Shown here piece by piece: positions 36,518 to 45,256 of a DNA stretch of 64,000 bases. The stretch is from a virus. Each line of letters starts with the position of its first letter. Positions within the stretch are counted from its first letter, which is position 1. A program made the translations under genes and the position numbers. Below the pieces are notes generated by a model, which was given only the letters and a program-made list of their open reading frames with translations, did not search any database and was not told the DNA's origin. The DNA is taken from the IMG/VR virus record IMGVR_UViG_3300025707_000004; one strand, written 5' to 3'.

Positions 36518-39500
36518 ATGGCGGATATCCATACCCTGGACCCAGAGAGGGCGATGCAAGCCCTCAAAGACGGCACAATCCAGGTTCTCAAAGACACCCT
36601 CCCGATTGAGGGGCGGACGCGCATCTTGCGCGCTACAAACGTCTATGCTGGGCCCAACGTCCACATCGACGACATACACGCTCAAAAGCGGGCCAGGGTC
36701 CGCAATCGGACATGGGCGGTCCCCATCCTCGCGGACATGGAGCTGGTGGACAAAGCCTCCGGCAAAGTGGTGTCGAAAACCAAGGGCGTGCGGCTGCTGA
36801 ATCTGCCGCACTACACCCGCCGGTACTCGTTCATCGTGGACGGGACGGAGTACCAAGCAGACAACCAGTGGCGCCTCAAGGCCGGCGCGTACACACGTAT
36901 GAAGGCTAACGGCGGACTGGAGACCCAGTTCAACCTGAGCAAGGGCCGCGGGTTCCGTGTGAGCTTCGACCCCAAGAAGCGCCAGTTCCTGGCCACCCAC
37001 GGGACGACCAACACGCCCCTCGTGCCCCTTCTTCAGACACTGGGTATCAGCGCCGAGGAGATGGAGACGGCCTGGGGGCCGGAGGTCTACCAGACCGCCG
37101 CACGCCTTCAGCGCAAAGGGCAGATGGCGAAGCTCGCCAAGACCCTGAACCCCCGGTCCGAAGCGACCACTCCCGAGGAGGTCGAGGATGTTGTACGTGA
37201 GTCGTTCGCGGCGACCGAGCTTCGCCCGGACACCACCAGCGTCACCTTGGGCAAGGGCTTCACGACCGTCACCGGCGAGGCGCTGCTATTAGCGGCTAAT
37301 AAGCTGCTCGGCGTTTCTCGTGGGACGGCCGAGGTGGACAACCGTGACTCCCTCCGGTTCAAGGAGCTGTGGACGGTGGCCGACCACCTCCCGGAGCGCA
37401 TCAAGAACTCGCGTCGTCGGGTGGAGCGGAAGATCCGCAACAACCTGGACCGCCGTGACGACATCCGCAAGATTGTGACCCCTGACGTTTTCAACGTCCC
37501 GGTCAAGTCGTTCTTCACCTCGACCTCCCTGTCTCAGCGCCCCTCACAGCTGAACCCGGTCGACATGATTGGCGGGCACCTCAAAGCCACCCTGATGGGC
37601 ACCGGCGGTATCAGCACGGAGAACGCGGTCAGTCATTCTGCCAAGATGCTGGACTCTAGCCAGATGGGCTTCACTGACCCGTTTCACAGCCCGGAGGGGA
37701 CCCGAAGTGGTATCACCACGCACCTGACGCTGGGTGTCTCCAAGCGAGGCAACGAGCCGGTCATCAAGGTGTGGGACGTGAAGAACAGCAAGTGGGCGGA
37801 TGTCTCCCCCACGGAGCTGCACGGGAAGACGCTGGCCTTTCCCGACCAGTACGACACGGGAGACGGAAAGACCTTCAAGCCTCGGAAAGACCTCATCACG
37901 GTCATCCGCGGGGGTGAGGGTGACCCCACCAATGTGAAAGCCAACGAGGTGGACTATGTTCTGCGATCTCCCAAGGCGATGTTCTCATTCACTGCGAACC
38001 TCATACCGTTCTTGCCCTCTGACCAAGCGAACCGTGCGGGAATGGCTGCGCGTCACATGGAGCAGACGGTTCCGCTGAAGAACCCCGAGGAGCCCCTTCT
38101 TCAGGTGGCTTCTGGCTCGGACCAGCCGGCATGGGACACCTGGGAGAAGATTCTCGGCCAAATGCAGTCACACGCCAGCCCGGTGTCCGGGACGGTGAAG
38201 TCGGTCGAAGCCGAGCGCATTGTGGTGGCAGGGGACGACGGCAAGAAGCACGTTGTCCAGCTCTACGATAACTACCCCCTCAACGACTCCAAGGCGTTCG
38301 TTACCAGCAAGCCCCTGGTGCAGAAGGGCGACGAGGTCAAGAAGGACGACGTCATCGCTGACACTAGCTTCACCAAGGGCGGCGTCCTCTCGATGGGCAC
38401 CAATCTGCGCGTGGGCTATCTGGCGTACAAGGGGCTCAACTACGAGGACGGCATCACCATTAGTGAGACGGCCGCCAAGAAGCTCACCAGTGAGCACCTG
38501 CACAAGCCGCGTGTGTACCTGGACACCGGGATGATGATGGGGCTGAAGAAGTTCCGTGCGAACTTCCCCGGGGTTGTCTCTGACGCGAACGCCGCCAAGC
38601 TCGACGAGGATGGGGTCATCAAGCGTGGCGAAATCGTCCGCCCTGGTGACGTGATTGCCACAGTGCTCAAGGAGGCGGACCCTTCGGCAGAGCAAATCAT
38701 GCTCAAGGGCATCCACAAGAGCTTGGCCAAGCCCTACAGGGACCGCTCGCTCACGTGGAACAAGCCGTACACGGGTGTGGTCACGGAGGTCGTGCGTAAC
38801 GGCAAAGAGGTCGTCGCTTACGTCAAGACGGCAGAAGAGGCCGACATCGGCGACAAGCTGACCTCACGCCATGGGAACAAAGGCGTCGTGGTTGCCATCC
38901 TCCCGGACGAGGAGATGCCCCGGGATGGCGATGGTGCCCCGCTGGAGATTGTGCTGAACCCCTCGGGTGTTCCTGGGCGCATCAATCCTGGGCAGGTCCT
39001 GGAGAACGCCATCACGCTCGCAGCGGTCGAGGACGGGAAGCCCTACGCGGTCTCGAACTTCGATGGCGACGAGGGGCACCGCATCAGCGTGGGCGACGTG
39101 TCCACCAAGATCGTCCAGGTCAAGGGGCACTACCGGACAATCAAGTCCGGGAAGGGCTCGAAGCGCATCTGGATTGAACCCTACGAGTACGAGACCGGTT
39201 ACAAGGGGCTCATTGACCAAATCCTGGAGAAGAAGGGCCTGTCGGAGACGACGGAGCTGTTCGACCCGGAGACGGGGAAGAGCCTGGGCCCAGTCATGAC
39301 GGGGCACCAGTACATCCTCAAGCAGGAACACCAAGTCGACAAGAAGCTGTCTGCCCGCGCGCACGGCTACGGGCATGCTTACAACGCCAACATGGTGCCG
39401 CGAGGTACCTACGGTGGTAACGACGGCGCTCAGCGGTACGGCGAGCTGGGCCTCTACGCGATGATTGCCCACGGCGCGGTCAACAACATCCGCGACGCTC

Positions 39501-42500
39501 TGTCGTGGAAGTGCTTCCCGTATCACGAGAAGGTGCTGACCGACCAAGGCGAAATCGAGATTGGAAAGATTGTCACCAATCGCCTCCCGGTCAAGGTGCT
39601 GACGTGGTCGGACGAAGAAGGGCTGTGCTACCGGCCCATCAAGAATTACTGGAGGCGTAACGGGGAGCAGGACCGGCTTGTGCGTGTTACGGCGCACCGC
39701 AGGCGGAGCGGCGAGTTTGCCTTCGTGAAAGGGACGGTTCTCTGTACCGAGGAGCACCAGTTCTACGTTCGGCGCGAGGGGCAGCTGGAGAAGGTGTGGG
39801 CGAAAGACCTCCGCCCTGGGGTGGATGCCATACTCACCTGGGGAAACGAGCTTTCGGAGGGCCAGCATGACCTTCTGCTGGGCTCACTCCTGGGGGATGG
39901 TTACATGGCGCAGAAGGAGACTTCGCGGTTTCCTTACTTCCAGGAACGCCATTCGGTGAAGCAGCGGGAGTATCTCCAGTTCAAGGCGGATGCACTGAGT
40001 TCGTTCACGCACCGAGAGCTGCGGGAATACACCGCGGGGTACCAAGGCTTCAGCTGTGGGCAGCAGATGGTGGAGTGGTCCAGCTTCGCTACGCCTGAGT
40101 TCCTGAAATTGCATCGTCAGTTTTATGCCTCTGGGGAGAGGCGCTTCCCACAGGAGGTGTGGGACCTGCTGACGTTGAGGTCATTGGCAATTTGGTTCCA
40201 GGACGATGGCTGTGGGTATCGTTCGCTGAGTAATGGCGGCGGTGTGCAGGCGGGTCTTGCGGTCTACTCGATGAACTCGGATGAGCGGAAGTCTGCCATC
40301 GCGGCTATCGAGCGGCTGACGGAGGTGCACTTCAACGACAACGTCGACCACCTCAAGAAGCACGGAGTGGCCGCAGAGCACTTCTTGAGCAAGCTGGGTC
40401 CGTACCTTCACCCTAGTTTGTCTTACAAGACCTGCGATGTGGTGGCCCCTATTGGGCAGAAGCTGGTTGAGTTTTCTGCTCCTGGTGCCCCGGGATTGGT
40501 GGAGACCCCGGTTGACGCAGTTGAGCCTGCTGGGTGCTTGGGAGACCTGCCGGAATGGCGGGGGAAGTACTTGTTCAATTTGGAGGTGGAGGATACGCAC
40601 AGGTACTTCGTTCGCGGCTTCCTGGTTGGGAACTCAGACCGGTCCCAGGACGAAATCTGGACGGCCATTCAGACAGGGCAGATGCTTCCCGCGCCCCGCC
40701 CGTCGTTTGCGTACGAGAAGTTTCTCGGGTACCTCAACGGGCTCGGAGTCAACGTCGAGAAGCACGGCAACGAGCTTGTCGTGCTCCCCATGACCGACAA
40801 GCAGATTACTGAGATGTCGTCCGGTGCGTTGGAGGACGGCGGCAAGGTGGTCCGTGGTAAGGACCTGCGCCCGGAGAAGGGCGGCCTCTTCGATGAGGAA
40901 ATCACAGGCGGCGTTGGCGGGAAGAACTGGAGCCACTTGGTCCTGGCTGAGTCCATGCCCAACCCCCTCTTTGAGAAGGGTATTCGGTCGCTGCTCGGGC
41001 TCACTGGTAAGCAGTACGACGGCATCCTCGCGGGGAAGGTCTCGCTGGACAAGGATGGCAAGGTCACAGAGGAGGGCGGGGCTACCGGGCCCGCTGCCCT
41101 TGCAGCGGCACTGTCCGGCATCGAAGTCGACAAGGAGCTGACCGCGGCCAAGGAAGAAATCAAGACCGCTCGCCGCAGCAGCCTCGACAAGGTCAACAAG
41201 AGAATCAAGTACCTCCTGATGCTCAACAAGACGGGGCTGTCAGCTAGAGAGGCGTACGTCCTGGAGAACCTTCCGGTCGTTCCGCCGCAGTTCCGCCCCA
41301 TTTCTGTGATGGAGGCGGGTGACCTCAACGTGGACGGACTCAACCTGCTCTACCGGGATGTCTCGTTGCTGAGTGACCAGCTGAAGGCAGCCAAAGGGGT
41401 TCTGCCGGACGCGGAGCTGTTCAAGCTCCGCACTGAACTGTACAGCGCCGTCGAAGCACTCATGGGTACCGCCACGGCCTCTGACCAGGGTTTGACGACT
41501 GATGGGCAGCCCAGGCCCCCTGGCATCCTCAACATCCTCTCAGGGCGCACCTCGCCCAAGGAGAGCTACTTCCACAAGGCCATCCTCGACCGCAAGCAGG
41601 ACCTGACCATGCGGTCGGTCATCGTCCCGGATATGAGCCTGCACCTGGACGAGATGGGCCTCCCGAAGAAGGGGGCGATGAAAATCTTCCGGCCCTTCGT
41701 CGTCAAGGAGATGGTGGCCATGGGCTACACACCTCTCCAGGCGCGGGAAGAAATCGAGAAGGACACGTCGCTGGCGAACAAGGCGCTCGCGGTCGTGGCC
41801 TCCAAGCGCCCGGTCCTCTTCAAGCGAGACCCGGTGCTGCACAAGTTCGGCATCATGGCGTTCAAGGCGCGCATCATCGACGACGAGAAGGCCATCCATA
41901 TCCACCCGTTGGTGGTGGGGGGCTTCAACGCTGACTTCGACGGGGACGCGATGGGGGTGTTCGTGCCTATCTCGCAGGGCGCGGTCGACGAGGCGTACAA
42001 GATGATGCCCAGCAAGAACCTCTTCAACCCCTCGACCGGGAAGGTCATGTACCAACCCTCGCTGGAGGGGCAGCTGGGGCTGTTCATGCTCACGCAGTTC
42101 GGGAAGCGCTCCCGGGAGAAGTTCGCGAGCAACAAGGACGCCATCGACGCGGCCAACAAGGGCGACATCGCCATGACCGATGTGGTCACAGTGGACGGGA
42201 AGAAGACCACCGCCGGGCGATTGAAGATTGCGGGTGCCCTTCCTGCGAGTCTGCGAACCGCGGAACTGCTGGAGGATGCGGACTTCACCCTGAATAATAA
42301 GAGCCTCCAAGGTGTGCTGCGGGACCTAGCCACCGACCATCCTGCGCAGTTCGCTAACTCTGTAGACAAGCTGAAGGACCTCGGCTTCGGGTTCGCCTAC
42401 AGCAGCGGGTTCAGTTTTGATTCTGACGACTTCAATACCCTGAGCACGATTCGGGATAAGCACCTGAAGGTCGCGCAGGCACGCGAGAAGGTGGTCCGCG

Positions 42501-43954
42501 GGGCGGGCGGCACACGGAAAGAGCAGGACGGCAAGGTTGTCGCGCTGTACCAAAAGGCGACGGCTGACATCAAAAACGACGCGGAGAAGTACCTGCAGGC
42601 TACTGGGAACCGGCTGTACACCATGTACAAGGCGGGCGTGAAGCCGGGCTGGTCCCAGCTCCAGCAGCTCATCATCGCGCCCCTCCTGATGGAGAACGCG
42701 GACGGACGTATCATCCCTGTTCCTGTGACTAAGTCCTACGCAGAAGGGCTCTCCACCGCGGGCTACTGGACGGCGTCGTCCGGTGCGCGGAAGGGGCTTA
42801 TCGAGAAGGTGCAGTCCGTGAGTGAGCCGGGAGCGCTCTCCAAGCAGATTGTGAACACGGCCATCCCACAGGTCATCACCGTCGAGGACTGCGGAACGAC
42901 CACGGGCATCCACATGAAGATTGGGGACAGCGACCTTGTAGACCGCGTTCTCGTCAAGGGAGTCAAGGCGAAGGGGCAGTCGTTCCGGGCAGGAAGTCTC
43001 ATCACGCCGCAGATGGTTACAAGTCTCAAGGCCGCGCGTGTGGACGGTCTGGTTGTCCGGTCGCCGACGAAGTGTGAGTCCCACCAGGGGATGTGCGCGA
43101 AGTGCTACGGCGCTATGGACGGGGGTGGCCCCGTTGCGCTCGGGACAAACATCGGGGTCATCGCTGGTCAGGCTATCGGTGAGGTCGGTACGCAGCTGAG
43201 TATGCGGGTGTTCCACACAGGCGGCGCTTCCGGTGCGGGCGGTAGCTCTGTGGTGGGTGGCATCGAACGCGTGAAGCAGCTCTTGAAGATTCCTCAGACC
43301 CTGCCGGGGAAGGCCACGTTGGCTCAGGTCCCCGGGCGCGTGGGCAAGATAGCGAAGAGCGCGGTGGGCGGTTACGACATCACTGTCGGCGGCGAGGAGC
43401 ACTACATACCGCACGGTCGGACACTCCAGTTCAAGGTGGGCGCTACGGTCAAGAAGGGTGATGCCCTCAGCTCGGGGCCGGTTGACCCCCGAGAGCTATT
43501 GACGCTGACCAACCTGGACCGGGTGCAGCGTTACCTGACCGACGAGGTCCACGGGGTGTATGCGGAGGCGGGGGTCAAGAAGCGAAACGTCGAGGTCGTC
43601 GTCCGCGCGCTTACGAACTTGGGTGTTGTAGAAGACCCCGGTGAAGTGGGCGACGAGGAGGGCATCATCCGTAATGACTACGTGAGTTTGACGAAGGTGA
43701 ACGCCCTCAACCGAGCCAACAAGGGGAAGGAGACCGTCAAGGTCGTCCCCGTTCTCCGCGGCGTCGAGACCCTGGCCCTGGACCAGACCACGGACTGGAT
43801 TGCTCGACTGCAGTACCGGAAGCTCAAGGAGACCTTCACCCGCGCGGCGAACGAGGGTTGGAAGTCGGACATCCATGGGGTCCACCCGGCTCCCGGCATT
43901 GCGTACACAGCTGAGTTCGGTAAGCCCGACTCAGGCTCCAAGAGCCCGTACTAA
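36518..43954 (+). CDS. rpoBC: Single-chain fused beta-beta' DNA-directed RNA polymerase, intein-containing
   Basis: Beta motifs SPEG, DQANRA.M, GDKLTSRHGNKGVV, GAQRYGE; beta' motifs LPVVPPQFRP, KRDPVLH, NADFDGD (41927-41947), GARKGL, GEVGTQLSMRVFHTGG. Confidence 0.95.
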   Translation: MADIHTLDPERAMQALKDGTIQVLKDTLPIEGRTRILRATNVYAGPNVHIDDIHAQKRARVRNRTWAVPILADMELVDKASGKVVSKTKGVRLLNLPHYTRRYSFIVDGTEYQADNQWRLKAGAYTRMKANGGLETQFNLSKGRGFRVSFDPKKRQFLATHGTTNTPLVPLLQTLGISAEEMETAWGPEVYQTAARLQRKGQMAKLAKTLNPRSEATTPEEVEDVVRESFAATELRPDTTSVTLGKGFTTVTGEALLLAANKLLGVSRGTAEVDNRDSLRFKELWTVADHLPERIKNSRRRVERKIRNNLDRRDDIRKIVTPDVFNVPVKSFFTSTSLSQRPSQLNPVDMIGGHLKATLMGTGGISTENAVSHSAKMLDSSQMGFTDPFHSPEGTRSGITTHLTLGVSKRGNEPVIKVWDVKNSKWADVSPTELHGKTLAFPDQYDTGDGKTFKPRKDLITVIRGGEGDPTNVKANEVDYVLRSPKAMFSFTANLIPFLPSDQANRAGMAARHMEQTVPLKNPEEPLLQVASGSDQPAWDTWEKILGQMQSHASPVSGTVKSVEAERIVVAGDDGKKHVVQLYDNYPLNDSKAFVTSKPLVQKGDEVKKDDVIADTSFTKGGVLSMGTNLRVGYLAYKGLNYEDGITISETAAKKLTSEHLHKPRVYLDTGMMMGLKKFRANFPGVVSDANAAKLDEDGVIKRGEIVRPGDVIATVLKEADPSAEQIMLKGIHKSLAKPYRDRSLTWNKPYTGVVTEVVRNGKEVVAYVKTAEEADIGDKLTSRHGNKGVVVAILPDEEMPRDGDGAPLEIVLNPSGVPGRINPGQVLENAITLAAVEDGKPYAVSNFDGDEGHRISVGDVSTKIVQVKGHYRTIKSGKGSKRIWIEPYEYETGYKGLIDQILEKKGLSETTELFDPETGKSLGPVMTGHQYILKQEHQVDKKLSARAHGYGHAYNANMVPRGTYGGNDGAQRYGELGLYAMIAHGAVNNIRDALSWKCFPYHEKVLTDQGEIEIGKIVTNRLPVKVLTWSDEEGLCYRPIKNYWRRNGEQDRLVRVTAHRRRSGEFAFVKGTVLCTEEHQFYVRREGQLEKVWAKDLRPGVDAILTWGNELSEGQHDLLLGSLLGDGYMAQKETSRFPYFQERHSVKQREYLQFKADALSSFTHRELREYTAGYQGFSCGQQMVEWSSFATPEFLKLHRQFYASGERRFPQEVWDLLTLRSLAIWFQDDGCGYRSLSNGGGVQAGLAVYSMNSDERKSAIAAIERLTEVHFNDNVDHLKKHGVAAEHFLSKLGPYLHPSLSYKTCDVVAPIGQKLVEFSAPGAPGLVETPVDAVEPAGCLGDLPEWRGKYLFNLEVEDTHRYFVRGFLVGNSDRSQDEIWTAIQTGQMLPAPRPSFAYEKFLGYLNGLGVNVEKHGNELVVLPMTDKQITEMSSGALEDGGKVVRGKDLRPEKGGLFDEEITGGVGGKNWSHLVLAESMPNPLFEKGIRSLLGLTGKQYDGILAGKVSLDKDGKVTEEGGATGPAALAAALSGIEVDKELTAAKEEIKTARRSSLDKVNKRIKYLLMLNKTGLSAREAYVLENLPVVPPQFRPISVMEAGDLNVDGLNLLYRDVSLLSDQLKAAKGVLPDAELFKLRTELYSAVEALMGTATASDQGLTTDGQPRPPGILNILSGRTSPKESYFHKAILDRKQDLTMRSVIVPDMSLHLDEMGLPKKGAMKIFRPFVVKEMVAMGYTPLQAREEIEKDTSLANKALAVVASKRPVLFKRDPVLHKFGIMAFKARIIDDEKAIHIHPLVVGGFNADFDGDAMGVFVPISQGAVDEAYKMMPSKNLFNPSTGKVMYQPSLEGQLGLFMLTQFGKRSREKFASNKDAIDAANKGDIAMTDVVTVDGKKTTAGRLKIAGALPASLRTAELLEDADFTLNNKSLQGVLRDLATDHPAQFANSVDKLKDLGFGFAYSSGFSFDSDDFNTLSTIRDKHLKVAQAREKVVRGAGGTRKEQDGKVVALYQKATADIKNDAEKYLQATGNRLYTMYKAGVKPGWSQLQQLIIAPLLMENADGRIIPVPVTKSYAEGLSTAGYWTASSGARKGLIEKVQSVSEPGALSKQIVNTAIPQVITVEDCGTTTGIHMKIGDSDLVDRVLVKGVKAKGQSFRAGSLITPQMVTSLKAARVDGLVVRSPTKCESHQGMCAKCYGAMDGGGPVALGTNIGVIAGQAIGEVGTQLSMRVFHTGGASGAGGSSVVGGIERVKQLLKIPQTLPGKATLAQVPGRVGKIAKSAVGGYDITVGGEEHYIPHGRTLQFKVGATVKKGDALSSGPVDPRELLTLTNLDRVQRYLTDEVHGVYAEAGVKKRNVEVVVRALTNLGVVEDPGEVGDEEGIIRNDYVSLTKVNALNRANKGKETVKVVPVLRGVETLALDQTTDWIARLQYRKLKETFTRAANEGWKSDIHGVHPAPGIAYTAEFGKPDSGSKSPY
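37287..37301. repeat. Palindrome copy 9, TATTAGCGGCTAATA
   Basis: Inside the RNAP gene; encodes LLAAN. Confidence 0.95.
39512..40633 (+). mobile_element. Intein (374 aa) with LAGLIDADG endonuclease, in the RNAP beta C-terminal region
   Basis: Begins CFPYHEKV; CTEEHQF; LLGSLLGDG and LAIWFQDDG; ends FLVGN|S; removal restores LSWKSD (cf. bacterial LTVKSD). Confidence 0.9.
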
Positions 43955-45252
43955 TGAGTGGGCTCTCTAAATCCCCTGAGCAGGCGTCGCGCCCAGGGCG
44001 GCTGGAGCTGTGCGAAGTTACCGATGTGAACACCACCGAGTTCACGGTGAGCCTCATGGGGGTGTTCACGCACAAGCCTCATGCGGAGATGCCCTTTGCC
44101 TCGCTGTACTGCCACCCCGACCACGGCGGTGGTGTGTACGTGATGCCCGAGGTGGGTGCCTACGCCTACGTGTTCACGTCAGCAGACGGCACGTCCATGC
44201 TGATGGGGTTCGTTACCAACCCACAGTCCGTCGAGGGGGAGGTCTTCGATAAGAACGGCACCCCTACGCTCATCGAGTCCTCGAAGGGGCCGGACTTCTC
44301 GGGCTTCCGCTTGGACATGGAGCCCGGCGACATCGCGATGGCGACCAAGGATGGCAACCGTGTTGTCCTTCGTCGCGGGGGCATCGTCCAGATTGCGGCA
44401 ACGGGTATCGCCCAGCGGCTGTACATCCCCGTTGGCAATGTCATCCGGGACTACTTCGAGCGCTATCAGGCCCGGTCGCCGCAGGGGCGCATCGAGTGGG
44501 GGCACGCGACTATCCTGGAGGAAGACGACGACACCGTTGCTGTGCTGATTGAGTACGACTTCAAAGAGTCCATCGAGGACACCGCAGCGGCGGTGGAGGT
44601 TCGTTTCGGGCAGCTGACGTTCGATGTGCTGGACCCGGAGAAGGCTGGCAAGCACCACACATTTGCCAGGAACAAGCAGGACGACTACGAACTATTAGCG
44701 ACTAATATTGGGGTGCTCAGCTGCACCGTGATGTCGCGCGACGAGGTGCCCGCGGTTACGTACGCCGTACAGGTCTCCCGAGAGGGTGACTGCTTCATGA
44801 TGTCGAAGGGCCATATCCAGGTAGAAACCGAGTCGCTGTACCTCAAGCTAGGGCAAAAGGGTAAAGTTGTCTTCGGAGCTAGCTTCATCGAGGCTATAGC
44901 GGAGTCCAACAGGCTGAAGGCGGTGGTCAGGGAACTGCTCTTGGAAAGCACCGAACTGATACACATGAGGGCAGCTGAAGCCACAATGAATCTAGGGGCT
45001 GTACGAATGCAGTTCGAGGGCGGAGCCCTGACCATTACCCCGCCGGGGGGTGGTCGTGTGGATTTCGGTGGCCCTGGCGGACACGACGTCGTGATTAACA
45101 GCCACGACCTGCTTCGTGCGATTCGTGACCACGAGCACTACATTGAGGGGGCGGTCCCCTCAACGAACGCCGGAATCGTGAGGGCTAAGAAGTCCCCTAC
45201 GCTCGGCGGGATTACCAGAGCAACCTCGACACTTCTAAAGACGACTAGGTAG
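43954..45252 (+). CDS. Baseplate spike/GpV-like protein
   Basis: N-terminal OB-like V.DV...GGVYVMPEVG followed by beta-strand repeats and a C-terminal HEH. Confidence 0.45.
   Translation: MSGLSKSPEQASRPGRLELCEVTDVNTTEFTVSLMGVFTHKPHAEMPFASLYCHPDHGGGVYVMPEVGAYAYVFTSADGTSMLMGFVTNPQSVEGEVFDKNGTPTLIESSKGPDFSGFRLDMEPGDIAMATKDGNRVVLRRGGIVQIAATGIAQRLYIPVGNVIRDYFERYQARSPQGRIEWGHATILEEDDDTVAVLIEYDFKESIEDTAAAVEVRFGQLTFDVLDPEKAGKHHTFARNKQDDYELLATNIGVLSCTVMSRDEVPAVTYAVQVSREGDCFMMSKGHIQVETESLYLKLGQKGKVVFGASFIEAIAESNRLKAVVRELLLESTELIHMRAAEATMNLGAVRMQFEGGALTITPPGGGRVDFGGPGGHDVVINSHDLLRAIRDHEHYIEGAVPSTNAGIVRAKKSPTLGGITRATSTLLKTTR
44693..44707. repeat. Palindrome copy 10, TATTAGCGACTAATA
   Basis: Encodes LLATN. 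Confidence 0.95.
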
Positions 45253-45256
45253 CCGG

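Noticed and set aside
36518-43954. Host chromosomal rpoBC locus
   Set aside because: No flanking ribosomal protein genes; neighbours are portal-, baseplate- and terminase-type genes; codon style and the palindrome match the rest of the phage.
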